32,000 nt of DNA from Mycobacterium sp. (GCA_965279745.1 OZ257262.1:329201-361200); one strand, 5' to 3'. Shown: positions 8,457 to 19,900, counted from the first letter of the stretch. A program made the numbers and translations. Notes: generated by a model not told the origin, from the sequence alone.

Positions 8457-8885
8457 ATGAGGGTCATCGGTCATGTCACCGCAGTGGCTGCCTTGGTGTG
8501 CGGGCTCGCGGCGGGAACCCCCCTGGCGAACGCTTCGGACCAGGTTCTCGACGGCACCTATGACGTCGTCGGCCCCAGCAGCACCCTGGACACCTGGGTG
8601 ATAACGACCCACTGCGCTGAAGCCGTCGCCGGCTGCCAGGCAGACGTCCACTCGTCGATAGGCAATGGTCAGGCCCACTACCAGGGCGGATCCCTCTGGG
8701 GGATGACGTTCGCAGGCTTTGTGCCGGTCTGCCTCGACAAGAGCGTGACTAAAGGCGCGATGTCCTTTCAATGGAGCGCGAAGACGCTTGAGGGCCAGCT
8801 GGTGAGCGTCCAACGTGGCCCATGCCAGATGACCCGTCCGGGGCAAACCCAGACCCCATTCAAGCTGGTCAAGGTAGACGTTTAG
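8457..8885 (+). CDS. Small secreted hypothetical protein (about 142 aa, Cys-containing)
   Basis: From ATG 8457 it reads MRVIGHVTAVAALVCGLAAGTPLANA|SDQ, a Sec signal peptide with an ANA cleavage motif. The upstream part of ORF 8373.. lacks an SD and looks non-coding. I recognise no family. Confidence 0.7.
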   Translation: MRVIGHVTAVAALVCGLAAGTPLANASDQVLDGTYDVVGPSSTLDTWVITTHCAEAVAGCQADVHSSIGNGQAHYQGGSLWGMTFAGFVPVCLDKSVTKGAMSFQWSAKTLEGQLVSVQRGPCQMTRPGQTQTPFKLVKVDV

Positions 8886-9040
8886 GGCCACTCCGGCAGG
8901 TCCGCGCCATACGGGACAAGCCGCTGGTTATGTGTGAATTCGATACCGGAGAACCTGATCGGATTTGCTGCGCCACCCCGGTCTCGGCCAGCAGACGCTC
9001 CAACTCGGCCAGATCGCGGTTGCTTAACGATGGAGTACTG

Positions 9041-9976
9041 ATGGTTCCCATCTTTGCAGTCGATGTAAGACTTGTAATCGTGATCGCGCGTCCGGCTGCG
9101 TTCGTGGTGGCCCTTCTGACCCTGTTCGGGGTACAGGGTCCGCGCGCAATGGCGAACCCGGGCGATCCCCCCGGCGGTCTGACATTCGGGGGATTGCAAC
9201 GCACATTTCTGGTGCATGCGCCCGCCGGTGTAGACCACCCGAACGGGCTGGTCCTCAATCTGCACGGCGCCGGAATGACGGCAGGGGACCAGGCCGCGCT
9301 GACCAACTACAACGCGGTGGCCGACCAGTTTGGGTTCGTCGTGGCCTATCCGGACGGCATCGACATGAGTTGGGCTGACGGTCGGGGAGCGTCGGTGCCC
9401 GACCGGGACGGCGTCGATGACGTGGGCTTTCTCGCGGCCCTGATCGGTCAGCTGTCCCGCGACTACGGGATAGCGCCGGGCCGGGTGTTCGTCACCGGGA
9501 TGTCGGCCGGTGCGTTCATGGCGACCCGGCTGGCGTGTGAACGGGCCGACTTGGTCTCGGCTATCGCGCCGGTAGCCGGAACGTTGGGTGCGGCGATGCC
9601 GTGTTCCCCGTCAAGACCTGTCTCGGTGCTTCAGATACACGGAACCGCCGATCCTGTTGTGCCCTACAACGGTGGCCCGATGGTCGGCCGCGGCGGAGCC
9701 AGCGACGTGGTGTCGGCACCGGCGATGGCCGAGCGGTGGCGGGCGCTGGACCGTTGCCCGGGTCCATTGGTTCCGGACGGGACTGGTGAGGTAGTCCGGA
9801 TGGCGGCCACAGGGTGTGCGCAAGGCACCGAAGTGGTCTTGGTGCGGATCGACGGGGGTGGGCACACCTGGCCGGCGGGGCGCTTCGCATTGCCGGCGGC
9901 GACGGTCGGCCCGACCAGTTTCGCGATCGACGCCTCACAGGCCGGCGGGCAGTTCTTCGCCTCGCACGCCGGTTGA
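9041..9976 (+). CDS. PHB-depolymerase-family esterase (LpqC-like secreted alpha/beta hydrolase)
   Basis: LVLNLHGAGMT..FVVAYPDG..DGVDDVGFLAALI..RVFVTGMSAGAFMATRLAC (GxSxG nucleophile)..IAPVAGTL..VSVLQIHGTADPVVPY is the hallmark layout of this family. ATG 9041 gives a hydrophobic leader (MVPIFAVDVRLVIVIARPAAFVVALLTLFG). ORF start 8822 overlaps the previous gene, and ATG 8930 remains possible. Confidence 0.85.
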   Translation: MVPIFAVDVRLVIVIARPAAFVVALLTLFGVQGPRAMANPGDPPGGLTFGGLQRTFLVHAPAGVDHPNGLVLNLHGAGMTAGDQAALTNYNAVADQFGFVVAYPDGIDMSWADGRGASVPDRDGVDDVGFLAALIGQLSRDYGIAPGRVFVTGMSAGAFMATRLACERADLVSAIAPVAGTLGAAMPCSPSRPVSVLQIHGTADPVVPYNGGPMVGRGGASDVVSAPAMAERWRALDRCPGPLVPDGTGEVVRMAATGCAQGTEVVLVRIDGGGHTWPAGRFALPAATVGPTSFAIDASQAGGQFFASHAG

Positions 9977-10093
9977 TCACCACAGCTGAGAACCCCGGTG
10001 GGTGATCAGCGATCTCTTTAAGTTAAGGTGCGCTGGGCCAGTGGCGTCTAGACGTCGTTTGCGGCCAAAGGACTTAGAAACCGAAAGGAAAGC

Positions 10094-10519
10094 ATGCGTG
10101 TCGTAGCGTTTGCGCCGTCATTGAGCGCAGTATCGCAAGACGCCGGGGGCGTCACGGTCGAGGGTTTCCCGCTGACGAGCTTCTATGTGGATAGCTTCCC
10201 CGCCCAGGTCACCATCCCCATGGTCGTCGCAGTGTGCACCCTGGGTGGCAGCGATTATGAGCCGAAGAAATACATCATCGCCACCTCGCCCGAGGGCGAG
10301 CGAGTCGGTGCCCTGGAGTTCTCTTGGACGTGGCCCGATAACCCGCCGATCCCGCTCAAGTACCGGGTCTTTGCCCAGTACCTCCCGGTGCGAGTCGAAT
10401 CATCAGGCGTTTACACCATCGGCCTGTACGACAGCCTGGACGCGACCGAGAGTGACAATCTGTTTCCGCTCCCGATATTCAAGAGCAATCCGCTGATGGC
10501 GCCCACGCCGTTCTCGTAG
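10094..10519 (+). CDS. Hypothetical protein, 141 aa
   Basis: Strong RBS (GAAAGGAAAG, then 3 nt, then ATG). The codon bias looks coherent. It lies 37 nt upstream of the methyltransferase gene, so the two are probably an operon. It looks beta-strand-rich and has no signal peptide. I recognise no family. Confidence 0.7.
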   Translation: MRVVAFAPSLSAVSQDAGGVTVEGFPLTSFYVDSFPAQVTIPMVVAVCTLGGSDYEPKKYIIATSPEGERVGALEFSWTWPDNPPIPLKYRVFAQYLPVRVESSGVYTIGLYDSLDATESDNLFPLPIFKSNPLMAPTPFS

Positions 10520-10532
10520 GCCCTCGCCGTAG

Positions 10533-11777
<1,245 letters not shown>

Positions 11778-11821
11778 GGGCGTGACTTAAGGCACTAACG
11801 GGGCCTTAAACAGACGGAAGC

Positions 11822-11879
11822 CGACGACAGACGCTGTCTTCGCGTGAGCAATCGCGCAGGAAGGCAGCGTCTGTCGTCG
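11822..11879 (+). terminator. Stem-loop with a 15-bp perfect stem, candidate (possibly bidirectional) intrinsic terminator
   Basis: CGACGACAGACGCTG (11822-11836) pairs with CAGCGTCTGTCGTCG (11865-11879) across a 28-nt loop that contains its own small stem. It begins 45 nt after the methyltransferase stop. There is no clear U-tract, which is common in mycobacteria. Confidence 0.45.
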
Positions 11880-11915
11880 TTGGGGCTGCATTCCCGGGGT
11901 GTCAGTCGAGCCGCA

Positions 11916-12146
11916 TCATTTTCTCTCGGTGATTTTGACGGCCGTTGAGGCCGAGACTTCACGCAATCGTTCCGCGTGGGTCGGTGTGACCGCGCACGCA
12001 TATTCAGCCTGAAATCGCCGGTCCAAAGCCTGGTGTCCGAAAGACGGCAGTGCCGCTTCAAGGGCCATAGCCGCAGCGTGCCCGCGATGGGTTGTCGAAA
12101 CCAATTGGTTGGCGACACGCGGGTCATGACCCCGATGTGGCGGTTT
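11916..12146 (-). pseudogene. Possible C-terminal remnant of a tyrosine recombinase/integrase (5'-truncated)
   Basis: The minus-strand translation ..THRGHAAAMALEAALPSFGHQALDRRFQAEYACAVTPTHAERL loosely matches the integrase C-terminal pattern (H-x-x-R-H-t-a-A-t-l-a-l-e-a-G ... L-G-H ... Y-s-H-V-t-p). It is degenerate, and this is a motif-level impression only. Confidence 0.3.
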
Positions 12147-12245
12147 GGTTGCTGGCTGGTAGGTTTCCGGGTGGTTTGTTGTGTGGTGTGTGGAATGGGC
12201 TGTGTGGGTGTCTTCAGACATCTGCGTGGTTGTGTTTCTAAAACG

Positions 12246-12274
12246 CTGACACTTGTGGTGTTGGTGTGCATAAT
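12246..12274 (+). promoter_or_regulatory. Near-consensus sigma-A promoter of giant gene copy 1
   Basis: cTGACA (12246-12251), a 17-nt spacer, then cATAAT (12269-12274). The predicted 5' UTR of about 36 nt ends in the strong SD AAGGGGGAG, 5 nt before ATG 12318. Confidence 0.55.
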
Positions 12275-12317
12275 GGGCCGAACCGTGCTGAGAAAGTCCT
12301 GAGAAGGGGGAGTTGTC

Positions 12318-15300
12318 ATGAGTGTTGTTTCTGGTGTTGAGGGTGGTTCGGATTTTGTTGGTTCGGCCAGTTCAGTGCGGGTTGGGCGGGGTGTGGTGGT
12401 GCGTGCTGTGGGGGTTGGTGTGCGTGGTGGGTTGAGGTCTGTGGTGTCGGGTCCTGGGGGTTATGTGGGTCGGGTGGGTGCGTTGGCGGTGGCGTTGGGG
12501 GTGGGTGCTGCGGTGGCGGTGATGCCGGCGGTGGCGTTTGCTGATACGACGGGTTCGGGGGGGGCGTCGGCGTCGGATTCGGGGTCGTCGGGTTCGGTGA
12601 AGGGTGCGCCGGGTCATCGTTCGGGTGGTGCGGGGTCGCGGTCGGGGTCGTCTGCGGGTGGTTCGTCTGCTGGTGGTGTGGGGTCTGAGGGTGTTGTTGA
12701 GGGTGGGGTGTCGGGTTCGTCGGGTGTTGGTGGTGAGTCGGAGGGGTCTTCGGTTGGTGCGGGGTCGGGGGCGGGGTCTGTGTCGGGTGGGGTGAAGTCT
12801 GGTCGTCGGTCGGGGTTGGGTTCGGGTGGTTCGGGTTCGGGTGGTTCGGGGTTTGAGGGTGTGGCGCCGGCGGGTGCGGTGGCGGGTGCGTCGCCGGTGG
12901 TGGTGGGTTCGTCGGGTGTGGGTGGGGTGTCTGTTGTGGTGCCGGAGGTGGGTGTGCCGGTGGTGGATGAGGGTGTGGTGGTTTCGGGTTCTGATGATGT
13001 TGTGGTGGCGCCGGTGTTGTCGGTGGCGCCGCCGGTGGCGGCGGTGCCGTCGGGTGCGGTGTCGGGGTTGGGTGGTGGGTTGTTGTCGTGGCTTGGGTTT
13101 GGTGGTGGGGCTGCGGGTGGTTCGGATGGTTCGGGTGTGGGTGGGCCGTTGGGGTGGGCGTTGTTGGGGTTTGTGCGTCGTGATGGGTCGCGTGGTGGGC
13201 GTGATGTGGCGCCGCCGGCGGCGGGGGTGTCGTCGGGTGAGTCGTCGGGTGGGTTGTGGTCGGGTGCGGGTGCTGCGGTGTCGGGTGTGGGGAGTGTTCC
13301 GTCGGCGGCGTCGGTGGGGTCGTCGGTGGGTGCGGGGGCGAGTGATATTTGGTTGTTTGGGAATGGGACTGCTGAGCATCCTGATGGCGGGATTTTGATT
13401 GGTAATGGGTATTCGTGGACGGGGTATGCGGGGGTGTGCACCAGTGGTGCGTGCAATGGTGGTAATGGTGGGTTGATTGGTTCGGGTGGTGCTGGGTTTG
13501 CGGGTGGTAATGGTGGTTCGGCGGGGTGGTTTGGTTCGGGTGGTGCTGGTGGTGCTGGGACTAATGGTGTTTCTGGTGGTGCTGGTGGTAAGGGTGGTAC
13601 GGGTGGGTTGTTTATTGGTAATGGTGGTAATGGTGGTGCTGGTGGTGCTGCGAGTGCTGGTAATGGTGGTGCGGGTGGTGCTGGTGGGGATACGGGTCTG
13701 ATTTCGTGGGGTGCTGCGGGTAATGGTGGTGCTGGTGGTGTGGGTAGTGGTGGTTTTGTGGGTGGTGTTGGTGGTGCGGGTGGTTCTGCTGGGCTGATTT
13801 CGACGATTAGTTCTGGTGGTGTGGGTGGTGCTGGTGGTGCTGGTGGTACGGGTGGTGCTGGTGGTGCTGGTGGTAATGGTGGTTTGGTGGTTGGTGGTGG
13901 TGGTGCTGGTGGTACGGGTGGGGCGACCACGTTGATTGGTGGTGTGGGTGGTGATGGTGGTGATGGTGGTTCTACGGGGTTGTTGTCGGTGTCGGGTGAT
14001 GGTGGTGCGGGTGGTGCGGGTGGTGCGGGTGGTGCGGGTTTGGCGGGTGTGACGGGGACGTCGCCGGGTGGTGCGGGTGGTGTGGGTACTGCTGGTGGTA
14101 AGGGCGGTGCTGGTGGTGATGGTGGTGCTGGCAGCTTTGTGTTTGGTGCTGGTGGTGCTGGTGGTGCTGGTGGTGCTGGTGGTGTTGGTGGTGTTGGTGG
14201 TACGGGTGCTGCGGGTGCTGGTGCGACGGCTGCGGGTGCTGCTGGTGGTGTTGGTGGTGCTGGTGGTACGGGTGGTGCTGGTGGTGTTGGTGGTGTGGGT
14301 GGTAATGGTGGTGATGGGCGGATTCTGTTCTTTGTTGATTCGTCGGGTGCGGCGGGTGTGGGTGGTAAGGGTGGTTCCGGCGGTGGTGCGGGTGTTGCCG
14401 GTGATGGTGGTGTTGGTGGTGCGGGTAATGCGGGCACGCCTGATGGTGGTGCGGGTGGTGCTGGTGGTAATCCGGGTAAGGCCGGTGTGGGTGGTGCCGG
14501 TGGTGCGGGTGGTTCGGGTAATGGTGGTGGTGGTGCTGGTGCTTCGGGTGCTGCGGGTTCGGCGGCGACCTCGGGGGGTAATGGCGGTAATGGTGGGGCT
14601 GGGTTCAGTGCTGTGGTGGCGGGTGCTGGCGGTAATGGTGGTGCTGGCGGTGCTGGTGGCGCGGTGGGTAATGGCGGTAATGGTGGTGCGGCGGGTGCGG
14701 GTGCTGGGGGTACGGCGGGCACTTCTGGTGTGACGGGCACTGATGGTGGTTCTGGTTTCGCTGGTGGTGTGGGTGGTGCTGGTGGTGCTGGTGGTAGCAC
14801 GTCGGGTAATGGTGGTAATGGTGGTGCGGGTGGTGCCGGTGGTGCTGGTGGTGCGGGTGGTAGTGGTTCTGATGGTGCTGCCGGGGTGGGTTCGGGTGCT
14901 TCGGGTAGTGATGGTGGTGATGGTGGTTCTGGTGGTAAGGGCGGTAAGGGTGGTGCCGGCGGTAACGCGGGTAAGGCGTTGGGGGCTGGTTCGGCTGGGG
15001 TGAATGGCACTGGTGGTGCTGGTGGTACGGGTGGTAGTGCGGGTAATGCGGGTAATGGTGGTACGGGTGCGGCGGGGACGAACATCATCACTCCTGATGG
15101 TGGTGCTGGTGGTAATGGTGGTGAGTTGGGTACTGCGGGTACTGGTGGTGCTGGTGGTGCGGCGGGTACTGGTGGTTCTGGTGGTGCGACCGGTAGTGAT
15201 GGCGGTAATGGCGGGTCGGGTTCTGGTGGTAATGGTGGTGCGGGTGGTGCCGGCTGGAATTCCACGGTGACCAATGTGGCTGGCGGTAATGGTGGTGCGG

Positions 15301-16967
15301 GTGGTAACGCGGGCACGGTCGGTAATGGTGGTGCTGGTGGTGCGGGTGGTAACGGGTCGACCGGGACTGCTGGTGGTGCTGGTGGTGCGGGTGTTGGTGG
15401 CGGTAATGGTGGTGCGGGGTCCACCGCGGGTAATGGTGGTGCTGGTGGTGCTGGTGGCACGTTGGTGGGTAATGGTGGTGCTGGTGGTGTTGGTGGTGTT
15501 GGTGGTGCGGGTGGTAATGGTGGTGCTGGTGGTGATGGTGCTACTGGTGGTGCTGGTGTGGCTGGTGGTACTGGTGGTGATGGTGGTACCGGGGGTAGTG
15601 GTGCTAAGGGTGGCCAGGGCGGTGCGGGTGGTGCTGCGGGTGGTAAGGGCAGTGTCGGACAGAACGGTAATGGTGGTGCTGGTGGCGCCGGGGGTGATGC
15701 GGGTAACGCCGGCAATGGCGGTAATGGTGGTGCCGGGACTGCGTTGAACCCGGATGGTGGTGCTGGTGGTAATGGCGGCAATGTCGGGTTCGCTGGTACT
15801 GGTGGTGCTGGTGGTGCGGCGGGTAGTGGTGGCACTGGTGGGGTGAGTGGGGTTACCGGTGGTGATGGTGGTTCTGCTGGTGGCGGTAATGGCGGTAATG
15901 GTGGTGCGGGGTGGAACAGCCTTACTGCGTCGAAGGCTGGCGGTAAGGGTGGTGCTGGTGGTGCTGGTGGTTTCGTCGGTAATGGTGGTGTTGGTGGTTC
16001 TGGCGGTAACGGTGCGAGTGGTCAGGCCGGTGTTGATGGTGGTGTCGGGGTTGATGGGACCAGTGGTGGTAATGCCAGCGCTGGTGGTGCCGGTGGTGCG
16101 GGCGGTGCTGGTGGGGCGATAGCGGGTTCTGGTGGTGCTGGTGGTTCTGGCGGTAATGGTGGTTCTGGTGGTGCGGGCGGTAATGGTGGTAACGGTGCTG
16201 CTGGTGGTGCTGGTTTGGCTGGTGGGACTGGTGGTAATGGCGGTACGGGTGGTAACGGTGCTGCTGGTGGTGCTGGTGGTGCTGGTGGTAAGGCGGTCGG
16301 TATTGGTTCTGCCGGTAGTGATGGCAGTGGTGGTGCGGGTGGCACGGGTGGTAATGCCGGTAATGCCGGTAATGGTGGTACCGGTGGTGCGGGTGTGTCG
16401 TCGGTGACTCCGAATGGTGGTGCTGGTGGTAATGGTGGTGAGCGTGGCGCGGCGGGTGCTGGCGCTGCCGGTGGTGCCGCGGGTGGTCCTGGTGGTACGA
16501 CGGGTGCTAGTGGTGTTGGTGGTGCTGCGGCGTCGGGTGGCAATGGTGGTAATGGTGGTGCTGGCTGGAACAGCAATGATCCGTCGAAGGCTGGCGGTAA
16601 GGGTGGTGCTGGTGGTAACGCGGGTTCGGTCGGTGATGGTGGTGCTGGTGGTGCCGGCGGTAATGGTGCTTCGGGTGCGGTAGGGGCTAATGCCGGTCCG
16701 GGTGGCAATGGTGGTCTTGGTGGTGCGGGCAGTGTTGGTGGTGCCGGTGGTGCTGGCGGTAACGGCGGGTCGTCGAAGGGTGACGGCGGTGCTGGTGGTG
16801 TCGGTGGTGTGGGTGGTGCCGGCGGTAACGGCGGTAACGGCGGTAACGGCGCTACCGGGGTTGGTGGTGGTGCGTCGGTGGTGATGGCGGTAATGGTGGC
16901 ACTGGTGGTGCTGGTGCTGCTGGTGGTAAGGGCGGCACGCACGGGTTCGCGCTCGGTGGTGGTGTGA
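12318..16967 (+). CDS. Giant secreted PGRS-like glycine-rich repeat protein, 5' segment (ORF ends artificially because of a 1-nt deletion at 16876)
   Basis: Supported by the promoter, the SD and ATG 12318. The signal peptide is ..[25 protein letters not shown]|D (cleavage after residue 75). It is followed by a Ser/Gly/Val-rich linker of about 260 aa, then the PGRS-type onset [43 protein letters not shown] and GGAGGxGG repeats. The last 31 residues (..[17 protein letters not shown]..) are out-of-frame read-through. Confidence 0.8.
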   Translation: MSVVSGVEGGSDFVGSASSVRVGRGVVVRAVGVGVRGGLRSVVSGPGGYVGRVGALAVALGVGAAVAVMPAVAFADTTGSGGASASDSGSSGSVKGAPGHRSGGAGSRSGSSAGGSSAGGVGSEGVVEGGVSGSSGVGGESEGSSVGAGSGAGSVSGGVKSGRRSGLGSGGSGSGGSGFEGVAPAGAVAGASPVVVGSSGVGGVSVVVPEVGVPVVDEGVVVSGSDDVVVAPVLSVAPPVAAVPSGAVSGLGGGLLSWLGFGGGAAGGSDGSGVGGPLGWALLGFVRRDGSRGGRDVAPPAAGVSSGESSGGLWSGAGAAVSGVGSVPSAASVGSSVGAGASDIWLFGNGTAEHPDGGILIGNGYSWTGYAGVCTSGACNGGNGGLIGSGGAGFAGGNGGSAGWFGSGGAGGAGTNGVSGGAGGKGGTGGLFIGNGGNGGAGGAASAGNGGAGGAGGDTGLISWGAAGNGGAGGVGSGGFVGGVGGAGGSAGLISTISSGGVGGAGGAGGTGGAGGAGGNGGLVVGGGGAGGTGGATTLIGGVGGDGGDGGSTGLLSVSGDGGAGGAGGAGGAGLAGVTGTSPGGAGGVGTAGGKGGAGGDGGAGSFVFGAGGAGGAGGAGGVGGVGGTGAAGAGATAAGAAGGVGGAGGTGGAGGVGGVGGNGGDGRILFFVDSSGAAGVGGKGGSGGGAGVAGDGGVGGAGNAGTPDGGAGGAGGNPGKAGVGGAGGAGGSGNGGGGAGASGAAGSAATSGGNGGNGGAGFSAVVAGAGGNGGAGGAGGAVGNGGNGGAAGAGAGGTAGTSGVTGTDGGSGFAGGVGGAGGAGGSTSGNGGNGGAGGAGGAGGAGGSGSDGAAGVGSGASGSDGGDGGSGGKGGKGGAGGNAGKALGAGSAGVNGTGGAGGTGGSAGNAGNGGTGAAGTNIITPDGGAGGNGGELGTAGTGGAGGAAGTGGSGGATGSDGGNGGSGSGGNGGAGGAGWNSTVTNVAGGNGGAGGNAGTVGNGGAGGAGGNGSTGTAGGAGGAGVGGGNGGAGSTAGNGGAGGAGGTLVGNGGAGGVGGVGGAGGNGGAGGDGATGGAGVAGGTGGDGGTGGSGAKGGQGGAGGAAGGKGSVGQNGNGGAGGAGGDAGNAGNGGNGGAGTALNPDGGAGGNGGNVGFAGTGGAGGAAGSGGTGGVSGVTGGDGGSAGGGNGGNGGAGWNSLTASKAGGKGGAGGAGGFVGNGGVGGSGGNGASGQAGVDGGVGVDGTSGGNASAGGAGGAGGAGGAIAGSGGAGGSGGNGGSGGAGGNGGNGAAGGAGLAGGTGGNGGTGGNGAAGGAGGAGGKAVGIGSAGSDGSGGAGGTGGNAGNAGNGGTGGAGVSSVTPNGGAGGNGGERGAAGAGAAGGAAGGPGGTTGASGVGGAAASGGNGGNGGAGWNSNDPSKAGGKGGAGGNAGSVGDGGAGGAGGNGASGAVGANAGPGGNGGLGGAGSVGGAGGAGGNGGSSKGDGGAGGVGGVGGAGGNGGNGGNGATGVGGGASVVMAVMVALVVLVLLVVRAARTGSRSVVV

Positions 16968-19900
16968 ATGGTGCTGATGGCAATGGTGGTACTGGTGGCA
17001 CGGGTGGTAATGCTGGTGATGCCGGTAATGGTGGTGCTGGTGCTGGTGGTACTTCGGGTTCGCCGGATGGTGGTACCGGTGGTGATGGTGGTGATCGGGG
17101 TACTGCCGGTGTTGGTGGTGCCGGGGGTGCTGCTGGAGGGACTGCGGGTTCTGCCGGTGTGACAGGCGCTGATGGTTCTGGGGCGTCGGGTGGTAATGGT
17201 GGTGCTGGTGGTGCCGGTTGGACCAGCACGAGTGGTGCTACCGCTGGTGGTAATGGTGGTGCTGGTGGTAACGCGGGTACCTATGGCAATGGTGGTGCTG
17301 GCGGTGCTGGTGGTACTGGTGCTGGGGGTACTGCGGGGATTGCGGGGGCGACTGCTGCTGCCGGTGGTGCCGGTAATAACGGCGGCACGGGTGGTAATGG
17401 CAGTGCTGGTGGTGCTGGTGGTGCTGGTGGTAAGGGCGGTTCGGTCGCCGGTAATGGTGGTGCTGGTGGTGTTGGTGGTGCCGGTGGCTCGGGTGGTACC
17501 GGTGGCGCCGGGTCTGATGGTGGGCTCGGGGTGATCACGATCAACGCTGGTGCTGGTGGTAACGGTGGTACGGGTGGTACTGGTGGTGCTGGTGCTTCTG
17601 GTGGTGCTGGTGGTGCTGGTGGTGCTGCGGGTGGTGTTGGTTCCTCGGGTGCGGATGCTGATGGTGGTGCTGGTGGTTCCGGTGGTAATGCCGGTAATGC
17701 CGGTAATGGTGGTACGGGTGCTCAGGGTGATTTGAACTTGGGTCCTGCTAATGGTGGTGCTGGCGGTAATGGTGGTACGTGGGGCACTGCGGGTGCTGGT
17801 GCTGCTGGCGGTGCCGCGGGTGGGGCGGGTGCTAGCGCGGGGTCGAGTGGTTCTTCGGGTACGGCGGCTACTGCTGGTGGTAACGGTGGTGATGGTGGTG
17901 CCGGCTGGAACAGCACGAACCCGGCGTTCGGTGGCGGTAATGGTGGTGCCGGCGGTAATGCCGGTTCGTTGGGTACTGGTGGTAATGGTGGTACTGGTGG
18001 TCAAGGGTTCACTGGTGTTACCGGTGCGGTAGGGGCCACTGGTGGTGGTGCTGGTGGTAACGGTGGTACCGGTACCGCGGGTGGTAACGGTGGTGCTGGC
18101 GGTAATGGTGGTGTGTTCGGTGGTAACGCCGGTAATGGTGGTAATGCCGGTAATGGTGGTACCGGTGGTGCTGGCGGTAATGGTGGTACCGGTGCTTCCG
18201 GTGGTGCTGGTGGTACTGCCGGTAATGGTGGTAGTGGTGGCGCCGGGGGCAGTGGTGGTGCTGGTGGTAAGGCGTTGGTGGCTGGGTTCACCCATGGCAA
18301 TGGCGGTAATGGTGCTACCGGTGGTACTGGGGGTAACGCCGGTAATGGTGGTACTGGTGGTGGTGGTACTGCGGGCACACCTAATGGTGGTGATGGTGGT
18401 GCTGGTGGTACGCGTGGTGGTGCTGGTGCTTCGGGTGCTGGTGGTGCCGCGGGTGGTACGGGTGCGTCGGCGGGGTCGGCGGGGACCTCGGGTGCCGCGG
18501 GGACCACTGGCGGTAATGGTGGTGCTGGTGGTGCGGGCTGGAACAGCGACTCGAGTAGCGCTGCTGGTGGTGCCGGCGGTAAGGGTGGTGCCGCGGGTGC
18601 TATCGGTGATGGTGGTGCTGGTGGTGCTGGTGGTAATGGTTTTGCTGGTGCTGCTGGTGGTAACGGCTCTACTGGCGGGTACGGGGTTTCTGGTGGAGAC
18701 GCCACGTCTAATGGTGGTTGGGGCACTGCTGGTGGTGCTGGTGGTGCTGGTGGTACGGGCGGGACGACCTCGGGTAAGGGTGGTTCCGGTGGTGCTGGTG
18801 GTGTTGGTGGTGTTGGTGGTACCGGCGGTAACGGCGGTAACGGTGGTACCGGGACGACCGCGGGCAGTGGTTCCGGCGGTAATGGTGGTACCGGCAGTGC
18901 TGGTGGTACCGGTGGTACCGGTGGTGCTGGGGGTGCTGCGGGTAAGGCTGGCGGCACGGGTGGTACGACCGGTGCTAATGGCAGTGGCGGTAATGGTGGT
19001 ACTGGTGGTGCTGCGGGTAACGCCGGTAATGGTGGTGCTGGTGCTGGCGGGACGGCGGGCACACCGAATGGTGGCGATGGTGGTGAGGGCGGTAACCGTG
19101 GTGCCGCCGGTAATGGTGGTACCGGGGGCTTGGCTGGTGGCACGACCGGCGGTGCGGCGGCGGGGACCACGGGGAGCACTGGTGGTGTCGGGGCGTTGGG
19201 TGCCGGCGGTAATGGTGGTTCTGGTGGTGACGGCTTTGATGGGTCGGGTACCACGGGCGCTAACGGCGGTAATGGCGGTAAGGGTGGTGCGGCTGGTTCG
19301 TTCGGTAATGGTGGTGCCGGTGGTAAGGGCGGTAATGGTGGCGGGGGGACCGCGGGGACTGCGGGGACCACGGGCAGCACTGATGGCGTTACTGGTCAGG
19401 CTGGTGGTGTTGGTGGTGCTGGTGGTGCTGGTGGTAGGGGCGGTTTGGTCCAGGGTGATGGTGGTGCCGGCGGTAAGGGCGGTAACGGTGCTACCGGTGG
19501 TACCGGTGGTGACGGCCATGATGGTGCGGCCGGGGTTACCGGGGTAAATAACGGTGTTGGTGGTGCTGGTGGTACTGGCGGTAATGGTGGTGCTGGTGGT
19601 GCCGGTGGTAAGGGTGGTAAGGGTGGTACGGCGGCGTCGGGTACTACCGGTGCTAATGGCAGTGGCGGTAACGGTGCTACTGGTGGTAACGCGGGTAACG
19701 CCGGTAACGGTGGGGCCGGTGCTACCGGGACGGTGGCTAACCCGAATGGCGGTAATGGTGGTACCGGCGGTACTCGGGGTACTGCTGGTGGTGCTGGTGC
19801 TGCTGGTGCTTCGGGGACCACTCCGGGTGGCGCGTCGGGGTCGACCGGGACTGCCGGGACTACTGGTGCTGGGGCCACGTTCGGTGGTAACGGCGGTAAT

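Larger units (their letters stand above)
12147..19559 (+). repeat. Direct repeat copy 1 (the part whose partner is visible in the window); near-identical to 24587-32000
   Basis: The two copies align colinearly and all ORF-track translations are identical between them. The differences I found are a 12/11-nt patch, one SNP, the G8/G9 tract and one C indel. Confidence 0.9.

Noticed and set aside
9974-10008. An 8-bp stem (TGATCACC/GGTGATCA) overlapping the esterase stop codon, as a possible terminator.
   Set aside because: The stem is short, the loop is 19 nt and there is no clear U-tract. The support is too weak to list it as a feature.
11976-12302. A 108-aa plus-strand ORF just upstream of giant gene copy 1.
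   Set aside because: It spans the predicted promoter, UTR and SD of the giant gene and a GT-rich non-coding leader. It has no RBS and gives Cys/Val/Gly-rich nonsense. The equivalent ORF in copy 2 (24499..24741) diverges where the flanks diverge.
12614-15835. A 1,073-aa proline-rich ORF on the minus strand (PAPPAPP..), with an identical twin at 25054..28275. Related ORFs occur at 16852..17229, 18001..19380, 19396..19878, 20263..20685, 21235..22590 and 28462..29670.
   Set aside because: These are the antisense reading of GGT/GGC/GCC repeats (ACC/GCC/CCA). I saw no promoter, RBS or signal features for them. The plus-strand Gly frame has a promoter, a strong SD, an ATG, a signal peptide and a terminator. 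They are shadow ORFs that stay open only because the repeat lacks stop-complement triplets.
16964-16966. GTG 16964 as a genuine start codon of an independent 2,003-aa gene.
   Set aside because: In copy 2 the same codon is an internal Val within an uninterrupted frame. There is no SD, no promoter and no N-terminal export signal. The apparent start is created by the 1-nt deletion at 16876.
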